Source: Monocercomonoides exilis PA203
Lineage: Eukaryota; Protista; Preaxostyla
Reading direction: 5' to 3'
Assembly: GCA_001643675.2 (NCBI GenBank)
Contig: LSRY02000056.1
Location: 501,390-565,389 of the forward strand
Length of the DNA: 64,000 nucleotides
Every line of letters begins with the position of its first letter. Within the stretch, counting starts at the first letter, position 1. The notes under the pieces were generated by a model that did not search any database, was not told where the DNA came from, and worked only from the letters and a program-made list of their open reading frames with translations. Positions 52,841 to 64,000 of this stretch are shown piece after piece. Position numbers and translations under genes: made by a program.

Positions 52841-55800
52841 ATGACACATGGAGCAAGTTTTTTGACTTTGTGCATATGTGTGCTTTGCATCATCGCAGGT
52901 GCTGCAAACAAAGAGAATTATGAGACGAAGATTACGAAGAAAGAAGAAAAGGGAATTATTTTGGAAGGCATCAGGAAGAACAATGATTTTTGCTTCACAA
53001 ATAGAAGAAACAATAAATGTTCAAAAAATTATGAGAATTCAGGCAGAAGAAATGAAGAAACAGAAGCAAGCGAACAAGATTTTGTAAAAATGAAAAGGAA
53101 AAACAAGGGAAATATTGTCAAAGAATGGCAAGTTATTTTTTTCGAACCAAAATGTTATACTAACGAATTGAAAGATGAAATAAGTGGAAACAAACTCTAC
53201 GAAAGTGAGATTCTTGGATACTTGCTGTTTTCAAATTCAACAGTTATTCTTCAAAGTTTGGCATTTGCAGAGTGTTCAAACGGACGAGTTTTCTGTGCTG
53301 AATGTGAAAGCACAATGGTGCTCAGCGCATGCAGAATATGCACAAAAATCACTGCATCTCCAATTGAGTTAAGTTGCAGCGATGCAATGTTAACAAATGT
53401 TACGCTGCATTCCATGAATCCATCTTCGTTTCAACAAGCCCCACTAATTTTGGGGAAATCGTGCATTTCAATTTCTCCAAAATTGGGAAACGTGCTCGTG
53501 AGTTCTTCTTTCTTTTCTTCGTTCACTGTTTCTTCTGCACCATTTTTGTCTTCAAAATTCATTGAAAAAGCCACACTTTCCAATTTGGAGTTCTTCAATA
53601 TTTCCTCAACATTCAAATCAAAACAGAGCATTTCTAAGGATGTGAAAGAATGCAGCACGATCATAAGCTGCTGTTTGTTTTCGTCTGTTTGTGATGCACT
53701 TGATGGAGGAATTGTTCGATCGATCAATGCTCCATCGTCATCTCTTTTGGCAACAAACACATCATTTGTTGGATGCTATCGTACAACAAATGCTGAATTC
53801 ATTGGAAACGAAAGCAACCCTTCAAAACCAGGGAGGCAAAATTCGACAAGTGAAGTAATAAACACATTTATCTGGTGCGAATGGAATGGATCAAAGGCAA
53901 ATGGAACTGGAGAGTTCAAAGAAGACGGAACATCCAGCGGAGGTGCAATTTGGATGAGTAATTTGCCATCAGGTTCTCTTTCCGCTTTTCATTGTTCTTT
54001 CAATGACTGTTCTGCCCATGGATGTGGAGGTGGAATTGTGTGCTTTGATATTAATTCAGTGAAGGTTGCAAATTGTTCGTTCATAGCATGTGTTGCTAAA
54101 GAAAATTATGGAGGAGGGATGTATTTGATAAATATTTATTATTGCATTCTTGTTGCGGATTGTGCATTCAGAGAATGTTCCTCTAACCACCTTGGTGGAG
54201 GTTTAAATCTTGGAGCGTTCAACATGTCAGGCGGAAAATGCATTGAAGATGAAAGTGGAGAAACAGATAGCGCATGGCTGAAAAACTGTTCATTTATTCG
54301 ATGCACAATAGAAAATATAAAGGGAGGTGGATTCTGTTGCTACAGCATCCCAGCAGAGTTTAAAATGAAAGAAATAGTTTTTATTTCCTGTTTTGCAAGG
54401 GCCTTTGGAGGAGGAATGAGGCTGGAACATTATGAGGAAACGCATCCCAATGATGACAAATACTGTTATTTCCTTTTCTTTCATGATTGCGCATGCTCTG
54501 AATCTATTCCTTATGGTCATGATGTTTTTATTATAGATAGATGCAATTTGATGCAATCAACAAATCCATTTTTTGAATGTTATTCAACTAATATGGATGA
54601 TAGAAGAGTGTGCTATGGATATTCATCAGACAATGAGATCTTTGAGCAAACGAAAATGAAGAATTGGCTCAAAGACGGAGTGATTGATCGATTTGTTGGA
54701 ATTGATGGAATGGATTCAGGAGAATGGTGTGGATTAAGTCAATTCACAAGATGCAAAACAATTGGCTTTGCAGTTGAAAATAGCCTGAATCAGTTGAAAT
54801 CAAGAATAGTTATTCTTGAAGGGAAGCATGCAAGTGAAATACACACAATTGATGTGTGCGAAAAGAGTATTGATATTGTCGGAAAAGGGAAAGATCAAAG
54901 CTCAATTAGTACAGAGTCACTAAACTCTTCTGCTTCATTCCTTTTCAGTGTGTTAAATGGAAACCTTTATGGTGCACATTTTTGCATATTCCTAAGTTTT
55001 TCAAGTCATCTTTCTCAAAGTGTATTTGTCGTTGCATCTGAAAGTGGAGCTCTTTCATTGGAAGAAGTCAAAATCACTTCAGAAACTGAAAAAGAAGTTT
55101 CTTTATCAACATCAATATTTAAATTACCTCTTTCACAATTATCGATGTGTGTTGTTGAGATTGAAATGATATCTGGATCATTACCACTATTTTCAGAGCC
55201 CCATTCCTCAACTATAGAGTCAAAAGAAAGCATTTTGTCAAATGTGACAATCCGAAATGTGAATCGGACAACAGGTGATGGAGTGGTGATGGCAAAAAGC
55301 GTGAAGGGAGGAGAAACATTTGTGGTGCGAAATGTAACGATGGATGGATGTAAGTGCCTGGATGGATGCGGTGGAGGAATCAAAGTTGAATTAGAGGAAT
55401 CATCAAGTAAAGCTTGCATTGGAACAACATCTTCACAAGATGGAGGAACAACAACATTTGATCAATGCAGTTGCGGAGGATATGGAGGAGGGGTGATGCT
55501 ATTTCTGGCAGATAATTCATTTGACTTTGAGATTTCATCGGTGAGTTTTATTGGTTGCAGTGCAACATTGGGAGGGAAAGATGTGTTTGTGAATGGGAGC
55601 AAGCTGGTGAGCGGGACAATAACAATTGCAAAGCTGAATGTTGGACACAATGGATCTGTTTATGATGAGCTGATGGGATATGACAGGAATGAGGGAGGGA
55701 TGGGAATATTCCCATTGAATGTGTTTTTTGATGCATTTTCAGGAGCAGCACATGTGGGGAAGGGGGTAAATGGGTATGGAGGATATGACTCGTGGTTTTG

Positions 55801-58800
55801 TGGGTTTGGGTATTTTCCATGTTCCACAATCGAGTTTGCTTCACAGAACAGATTCAGTTCGTCAAAGAAGAACATTGTGCTGGATTCAGAGTTTGAGCTG
55901 GGAGAAGTTGTGTCGATGGCAGGGTCATATGAATGGGAGGTGTATTGTGGGATTAACAAGACGGATGTGAATGTGAGGGTGCCGAGTGGAATGACATCTT
56001 CGTATTTGATAAATGTTCAGAGTGCAAGCTCAATAAAGAACATTGCGTTCCAAATTCCATTTCTGTTGTCAAGTGCAACATCGCTCATTGGTTTGACCAG
56101 CTCATCACTCACACTCATAGACTGTTCAGTTGCTCATTTGTCAGAGAGCACATCGAGTGTGGCCTTTGGATACAGTTTTGTGAATGCGCAGAGCGGGAGT
56201 CTAAATATGGAACGATTTGTGATTGGTGGAGCACTTGTGTTTGGAGCTCATTCAGCGATTGAATTTTCTGAAGGAATGGCGAGTGTGATTTGTTCAGGAT
56301 GCAATATTAGTGGAGTTGTGAAAAATTGTGGAGATGGAGGATGGATAAAAGGAACAGTTGGAGGAAGTGGAACGTTGACAGTTGATGGATGCAATGTGAA
56401 TGGGTGCAGTTGTGTTGGAGGAAAGGGAGGAGGAATATATGTTGGATTGAAGGAAAACGGGAAAGTAGTTATGAATGGAACATTGATATTTGAGGGATGT
56501 TGTGCAGGAAGTCTTGAGGAAAAGGGGAGAGGAGGAGGGTTGTTCATAAATGTTGATTCGACTGAATCGGATTTCACCATTTATGAATCTGTGATATTTT
56601 CTGAAGAAAACCCAAACAAAGCTTTTCATGGAAGTGATGTGTTTGTTCAGTGTGGAAGCGGGCTTTTGTTGGAAGAGATAGTTAATCAAGCATCCTTTGG
56701 ATTCTTCAAAGATGGAAACTGCATGAATAATGAAGAGAAGTTGTGTGGATGCGAGGATGGGACATCGTTGCCAGTTATTCCACTGTGTGTGTATTTGTGT
56801 GATTTTGAATCTCCCATATCAGTTGACGAAAGGAGTGGTGCAGATCATTCGCATTGTGGATATTCCGTTTTCTGCTGTTCAACAATCGACTTCTGTGTTC
56901 GTGAGCGAGTGAATGAGCTTGTGAATGCGATGGAAGTGATATCATCAGCATCGATCAAGAATCCGTTTGTTGTGCCTTTGTTTCAAACATCTCAAATATC
57001 AATTTCTTCTTCATCTGCATCATCTTCTTCGAGCCAATATCCCTTGGTGAATGTTGGCTTGACTGACAATATCTCCACTGACTGCCACAATGTTATTCAG
57101 TGCTCTGGCAGCTTTTCTCTGTCTTTTCTCTCTTTTGCTCTTCCTCGTGTTCTTCCTTCCTCAATATCTTCGATTATTCAGTCATCAATCTTTCTCTCTT
57201 TGAGCAATATTTCGATTGTATTTTCAGCTGACACTCTTGCGAGCTCTGTGGCATTTTCGTTAATTCATGTGAGTGGAGGTGAATTGGAGCTCACAGGATT
57301 GGTTGTTTCTGAGGATATCACTTTCGCTGCGCTTCCGCCAATCAATGTGAACGGAGAATCACGAGTGGCAGTTGAGGGATGCACATTGACAGAGATGGCA
57401 AACGAGGGAGGAAGTGGAGGATGCGTGAAAGTGGAAACGAGTGGTGGAGGAACCATATCGATCAAGAACACGAACATATCATCAAAGTGCAAAAACGAAG
57501 AAGGACTGAGAGGAGGAGGGATGATGATATTAATTGGAAGTGGAGGGAGTTTGGAAATGAAAAATGTGAATTTGTCTGAATGTGAAGTTCCGTCAGTGGA
57601 TATTGAGGATGGAGGAAAGGGAATGGGAGGAGGAATGTTTGTTGCATTGCCAGAGGAAATAGAGAAATTTGTGATGGAAGGAATGACATTTGAGGGATGC
57701 AATGCCTGGAAAGGGAAGAATCTGTTTGTTTCAGGATGGGATTTGAGGGAAGTTGTGAACAAGGATCATTTGAAATGGGAGATGAGTTCAGAGGAGTTGG
57801 AATCACTGGATGAGTTGTGTGGATGGGAAGGGATGACAACAGGAGAAGAATATGAGATCCCGCTTGTTGTGTATTTGTGGTCAAATTGGAGTGGGAAAGG
57901 GTTTGTTTCGAAAGAGAAAGGAGGAGGCTTCAGTGGATGTGGATATTCAGAAGCGCCATGCTCCTCGATCGACCACATGATCAAAATGCGATTCTCTCCA
58001 GTTGGTTTGGAGAAATCGATCATCAAAGTGGAAGGATCAGCTTCACTCAAACATTCAGTATCCTTGCTGCCTTCCAAACCGTCTGATGAAAACCGGCCTT
58101 TGATTTCAGTTGAAGGAGGTGATGAGGCTGTGCACTTGTTCGTATCTGGTGATGGAGATTCCTCGGATGATGGCTCGCTGATCTCCAACTCGGTGAATGC
58201 TTCCTTTTCAAACCTAATAATCGATCTTCCGAGCAGATGTGAGTTCCACAAATCATTCATCCGCTCTGTGTATTCGGTGTCTTTCTCTCTTTGCAGGTTC
58301 ATTCCATCTGACACCTTGTCTCCTTCTTCTTCTTCCTTGTGTGTGCTTGACATTGCGGAAGGGGATGTCTCCCTGGAGCACTGTGCACTTGCGACTTTGT
58401 CTCTGGCAAATCCTTTTCTGCGACTGTCAGCCAATTTCCATTCAGCGCACATGCACAACACATCGTTCATCAATTCGTCTGTTTCTTCTGACAGTTTCAT
58501 ATCAGTTTTCCCCACTGGACTCCATTCAAATCAGTTGGCTTTAGGAGATTCACCCGATTTGCCAGTGGATTGCCCATCAATGAACATGACATCTGTCACA
58601 GTCGAGAATGTGTCGAGAACTGAGGAAGGATCAGTGTTTTTGGGTGTGGATGAGTTTGCTGGATTGAAGTGTGGAATGGAGAACTGCACGTTCTGGAACT
58701 GCCTCAGCCGGCAAAGCAACAGAGGAGGAGGGCTGATGATGCACATGAAGAATGAGGAGTCGAGCCTGGGAGTGAAAAACTGCACATTTGTGTTGTGTGC

Positions 58801-61800
58801 TTGTTCTGAGAGCACAGGGAGAGGAGGCGGGATGATGCTGGACTTTTGCGATCCAGATGCTCCCTTTCAAACCCCTTCCAAACCGCTCCTTCTTCACATT
58901 GCGGGTGTTCAATTCATGATGAACAGTGCATTCATGGGGAAGGATGTGTTTATCAACTGCCATTCGATCGGTGAGCAGATCAACGAAACACTTTTCGCTC
59001 TTGACTTTTCGCAGCCCTCGCTGCGCATGAACACATCGATCTGTGGGAGCGACTCAGCACATTCAGACATCGATCTCATCCCGCTGATCACATTTCTGTA
59101 CACGCCGCAGGTGTTTGTGTCGATGGAGTCTGAAGACAGCAACCAGTGTGGGAAGCAGGACAATCCTTGTCGAAGCGTGTCACACGGAGTGAGGCATGTG
59201 CAGGCTGGGCTGTTCAATGCGATATGTGTTGACTCATCGAGTGTGGTGGCTGAGCCGACAGTCGTCAGCGATCTCACGCTGAAGTCGATCACCAAACACC
59301 AATCAGCAATTCATTTCAATTCATCGATTGAAGAGGAGTCTGAGGGATCGTGGATCATGTTGTTTGAAAACGAGTGTTTGGTCGAAGACTGCTTGTTTTC
59401 GTTTGACGAGCATTTCTCAGCAGAGCACACAGCGATTATGAAGCAATTGAATGGATCGTTGGCATTTTCAGGCTGCACTCTGCAGTCATCATCTGTTGAG
59501 TCTACTCTCAATTCGAGTGTTATTGTGGTTGAAGGAGGAGTGTTTGAGATGGAGAAGAGCTCGATATGTGTGATGGGCACAGCTCAGCCATTGTTCCTCT
59601 TCAAGGGTGGGTCAGCTGCCACTCTGAACCAGATCGAGATATCCACAATAAAAACAACTGCAACTGCAATGATTGTTGAGTCGAGTGCATCAGTGAACAT
59701 CATGCAGCTGGCTGCATCTGACATTCGGCTGTGTGGGGAAAACTTTATTTCTCTGGCAAAGGGGAAGAATCAGCATGTGAATGAGAAAGATGCTGGAGAA
59801 AGGGTTGTTCTGCAGATGGGCATATCATCGTTCTCAAACATCACCAGCAGCAGCAGCAATTCCCATGTGGTTGAGTCGGCGTGTGAAAAAACAAGAAGCC
59901 AATTGTTGAATTGTTCGTTTGAAAGATGCTTCACACCTTCAGAGAAAGGGAGCTTGGTGGAAATATCATCTGGGGCATCTCTGTCTCTGCAGTCATGCGA
60001 ACTGATTGGATGTGAGGATGAGCATCAGAGCGAAAAGAATGGAGCAGATGAGGATGTGTGCAAATGGACTGGATCGGTTGTTGATGTGTGTGAAGGGTTG
60101 CTGGAGATGAAGGACACATCGATCACAAACTCTTCAAAAGGCGGGCTGTCGATCAGTGGTGGAAGTGCTGTTATCGAAAGCTGCTTGTTTGAGAATAACA
60201 GCAAAAGAATCGAAAGATACAGGTCTGCAAGAAGAAATGTATTCTGCACAGGCAGCGGAACACTCAATGTTGTTGATTTGAAAGGAGGAGATGGATGGGA
60301 AAGAAATACTTCACTTTGGATTTTGAATGAAGGATGCAAGCTGTTGGGGATTGCTGCTGAAAGATCATCCGAGTTCTTCATTCCAACGCTGAAGTCAGTT
60401 GAAACAACTCAAAAAGAAGATACTGTTGAACTGACTTTCAGAGGGACGCTTCTTCTGCCATGCAATCTGGGATTCCAGATTGTGTCAAAAATAAACAATG
60501 TCAGCTCAATCGAGACTCACGCTTTTGCGGAAGATGAGTTTGTTTCTGAGGAAGAAGTCCAGGGCAAGATAGGTTCGTCTTTGGTAAGCCCTGCTCCAAC
60601 AGAAGCAGAAGTGGCTGTGTGCATATTGTTTGGAAATGTTTCTAATCCATCTTCCACAGAATCTTTTGTTCTGAAGAACAAAAGTGAATCTGAACCAAAA
60701 GGAGATGAAAAGATTGTTGAAGGAGGAAAGAAAGAAAAATCTATATGGCCGATTATTGTTATTGTGCTTGTGGTTATATTGTTGATTGTTCTTATCATTG
60801 CAGTTGCATTTATTGTTCGATGGAGAAAGGTCAAGAATGAAGCGAAAGATCTGAGGGAGATTGTGAATGATACAGTGAGAAAAGATCCGAAATTGATTGA
60901 GATGGTGACAATGGAGATGTCGCCTGAAGAGCAGTGGAGGAGAGCTGAGAGAGAGGCAGAGAAGAAGAATGAAGAAAGGATAAAAAGAGGGTGTATGAAA
61001 AAGCTTGGGACACTCGGAGTCATCAGAGCACCTTCTTTCTGAGAGTGGATCAACTGAATATATTTTGGGAAGGGATTCAGACAAGATTCCTCAATGGATG
61101 TTGGAAAAGGTGGATGAGAAAGAAGAGGAGGAGGAAGAGACCAGAAAGCGAACACCATCACCATCCATTTCATCCACTTCAACCACAGACACTTCAGACA
61201 CTGAATCCACTTTTGTTCGGGGAGAGGATCTGTGCCCCACCACCTCGTCGATGTCGAATCTGGTGGATGCAATGGCCTGTTCATCGCCTCACGAAAAGCT
61301 GATTGTGGATCTGAGGGATTCGATGTTCATGCTGCTTCACGGGAGGAACAAGACAAAGGAGATGGCAATTGGAACTCTGCAGGAAAGAGAGCAAACAGCT
61401 GCTCAGATCCTGTTCTGGGTGGCAAATCTTGCGCTCCACTCCTTCGACGAAATGAACAACCCGCTCCAATCGTTGGCCAATCTGAGTCCGCACATTGTGC
61501 TGTTCTCGGAACACATGGTCATCTGCATTGCGCTCCACTCCGACTGCTCCTCAGATGATTCTGACTCTTCGTCCATCTCATCAACCACAACTATTGCCAC
61601 CTCTTCCTCTGATTGCTCGTGTGCGAATGGGAACGGCAGAGGATCGCCTCCGCCCTCATCGGCGTTTGAGGATGAAGATGATTTCAGGAAGGAGTGCATG
61701 CGGTGGAAGGCGCCGGAGCTGCTGAGCGGCGCAAAGGGGCACGCAACAAAGAAGACGGTGGTGTTTTCGATCGGGATGATGGTGTGGGAGTGCCTGACGC

Positions 61801-62105
61801 TGCAGATCCCGTTTGGGGAATACGAAGCAGAAGCTGCCGGGCAGAAGATTGCGAACGGGGAGAGGCCAACACTGTGCAGCTGCGAGGGCATTTCGCTCGG
61901 CCAGACAGCATGCGCCGCAATGTCGCAGCAGCCCCACAGCAGGCCCACGCTCCAGGAGCTCAAGAAAGCGTTCATCGCGCTGTTTCCGCCTGCCTCTGCC
62001 ATGCTCACAGCCTCTGACGCAATCGACCTCGTCGATGCCACAGGCATCCCCCCTCCCTCCGCTTTGCCTGCTTCCGCTGTCTCAGAGACGCTCACCTCGT
62101 TTTGA
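52841..62105 (+). CDS. second giant Pmp-like beta-helix / TM / truncated pseudokinase receptor, apparent frameshift at ~60985-61002
   Basis: Signal peptide MTHGASFLTLCICVLCIIAGAA, five CG..C modules, TM IWPIIVIVLVVILLIVLIIAVAFIV. The tail ORF 61005-62105 is paralogous to 22560-23626. Two single-A deficits in A-runs relative to the paralogue. Confidence 0.85.
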
Positions 62106-63495
62106 CTGGCTCCCTCCAGCATTTGAGCCTGTGTGTCTGTGTGCCTGTGCACCACCCACCATCTGGCTTGCATCGCGCAATGAAGAAAAAAGGGGAGAAA
62201 GAAAAAAAAGAAAGAAATATCAATGACAATTGCTTTTGCAGCATTCTCAGTGATGCGAGTTTTTGGTGTTTGTGTTGCGTTTCCAAGCCAGCAGCATTGC
62301 CACTTCGCTTCTGCGCACCTCCATCCAAGCAATGTGTGATCTCACAATCACCGTGCCTTTTCGTATGTTTTGTAATCTTGTTTTGCTGGCCAGACTTTCG
62401 TTTTTGATCGGGTGCAGCTGCGCAGATGCTGCAAAAATATTTATTATTTTATTTTATTTTATTTTTTTATTCATGGCAATCAACAAATACGCAGAATTCT
62501 TTCCATTTCTCTCCTTTCTTTTCTTTTCTTTTCACCAGTTCTTTGACAGAAGCTTCGATCCATTTCAAGGCTGTTGTGAAAATAATAAATAGCTTTAATG
62601 TGCATGTGCCTTCAAAGACCCGAAGAAATGGAATCTGTTCCAAAATCTCGATTCAAAGAGCAATATGCTTCCAGCTCCAACAAGCGCATCTCGCTTGATG
62701 GCAGCGTTCTCATCACAGAAGCATTCTTTCACCCACCCCCACCCCTGAATCCTTCGCCTCTCCAGACAGCAATAAAATCAGAAACCCAGACGATGCCTAT
62801 CTGCTCTTGTTTGTGCTCCAACTCGGAAAACGGGCGCTTTGGAGAGTGCACACGCTTTCCTTATTTTGTGCATGCCAAATGCGAGGACAATCTGTTTTGA
62901 TTTATCGACAAAGATGTTGCAAGGACACAAATGCCTGCTGATCACAATAACAAAAAGTGATAATCTGTCCAGAAGATGCACATGTGTCGAGTGAAAAAGA
63001 ATATCGTCAGCATATTTTCTTTTTGTCTTTTCACAACAAGAATGCTTTCATTTGCCCATTTTTAGTCCCAGCAATGGGCCTATTTTCATGTCTTGTTTTT
63101 CAGATAGCGGGGGTTTCCATATTTCAATTGTTTAAAAAAGAAAAGAAAAGAAATGAAATGAAATCACAAAGCAAAAGGAAAAAACAAACTCTGGAAAGTG
63201 AATAATTACCATTTTTATTTTTATGTTTTGGGGAGGAAAATCATGAGATTTTTTAAAAACCGAATATTCAAAGCATTTTCCCGGTTTGAAGATATCGCAG
63301 CTTCTCGTATTCCATGCTACCAATAAAGACATCACCCTAATTGCTCTTTACGAGGCACTTCTGAATGAATGATGAACATCAACTCTTCTATCGCACCAAA
63401 TTGGTCTTTTCTGAATTCTTTATAAAAATTAATGGAATAACGGTTCGTGATTGATTCAAATTATTTATCAGTCAAACAGATGGTTCCTTCTCTAA

Positions 63496-63664
63496 TTTCA
63501 AAAATTACTCCAAAAGATTTTTAAAAATTTCAAAGTTTAATTCAAACTAATTATTAAAATTTACAAAAGGAAATGTTTTGTTCGTTATCGAATTACTTGA
63601 ATTTTTGTAGAAATTTTTTCTATTCAATTTAAAGTGGATTATATATTGGTGATTATTTTTGAAA
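63496..63664. repeat. decayed palindrome
   Basis: tttcaaaaattactccaa / ttggtgattatttttgaaa and aaaatttacaaaa / tttttgtagaaattt are symmetric about ~63583. Confidence 0.4.
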
Positions 63665-63919
63665 TCACATTTTTTCGGGATGTTAATTTTTCAAAGTTTT
63701 TTGTCATTTGGGGAGTGGTTTTATTTTGAAATAGTTAATTCATCTCTTCTGTTTCAAAAACAAATATCTTGCTTGAATAAGCATGTGGATGTCTCTGATA
63801 AGCCTTATCATTTTTCGGTGTTCATTTGTTATTATTCGAGTGTCAAAATTTTTTGAAAAGTTTCTTTTGTTTAATTTTCAAATAAAATAAAAATTTCATA
63901 TTTCGATCAAATTTCTGTT

Positions 63920-64000
63920 CCAACGAACGAAACTTTTCTAGAATGGAAATATAATCTTAACAATGTTATTATTTCCATTTTTGAAGGTTTCGTTCGTTGG
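63920..64000. repeat. palindrome/hairpin running off the window end
   Basis: ccaacgaacgaaac (63920-63933) is the exact reverse complement of 63987-64000. Inner aatggaaata/tatttccatt also pair. Confidence 0.8.

Noticed and set aside
62600-63420. Moderately GC-rich segment with short ORFs
   Set aside because: Probably a decayed gene or TE fragment, but no recognisable motif in any frame.
1-64000. Genome-wide TAA/TAG=Gln genetic code
   Set aside because: Intact genes end at TAA or TAG at expected positions (PITP, transposase, kinesin, SPIN90-like), and very long ORFs with many Gln use only CAA/CAG.

Overview
Eukaryotic, AT-rich, intron-rich genomic DNA. Gene content, GT(T/A)TG-type splice donors, poly-Ser/poly-Glu tracts and giant beta-helix/TM/pseudokinase genes resemble a metamonad protist of the oxymonad type (Monocercomonoides-like); this is inferred, not proven. 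Intact genes end in TAA, TAG or TGA, so the standard code applies. The window has three compartments. (1) About 1-16 kb is a transposon and pseudogene graveyard: a 5.2 kb segment bracketed by 28-bp inverted repeats with a 4-bp direct repeat, a 396-bp foldback MITE with TA duplication 220 bp upstream of an intact DD35D pogo-type transposase, an IQCH pseudogene, and a second, decayed, intron-containing pogo transposase. (2) About 27.6-51.4 kb is a very compact block of housekeeping genes: divergent calreticulin, importin-alpha-like, kinesin-9, dihydropyrimidinase, cyclin K/L-like, SPIN90-like, RPA3, a candidate Atg14/Vps38, PITP and two hypothetical proteins. (3) Two giant paralogous type-I membrane receptors (16.5-23.6 kb and 52.8-62.1 kb) flank that block. 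They have divergent modular Cys-rich Pmp-like ectodomains and a truncated pseudokinase tail whose core is homogenised at the nucleotide level. Several decayed long palindromes lie in intergenic DNA. No rRNA, tRNA or CRISPR array was recognised. All family assignments come from motif recognition by eye, not database searches.
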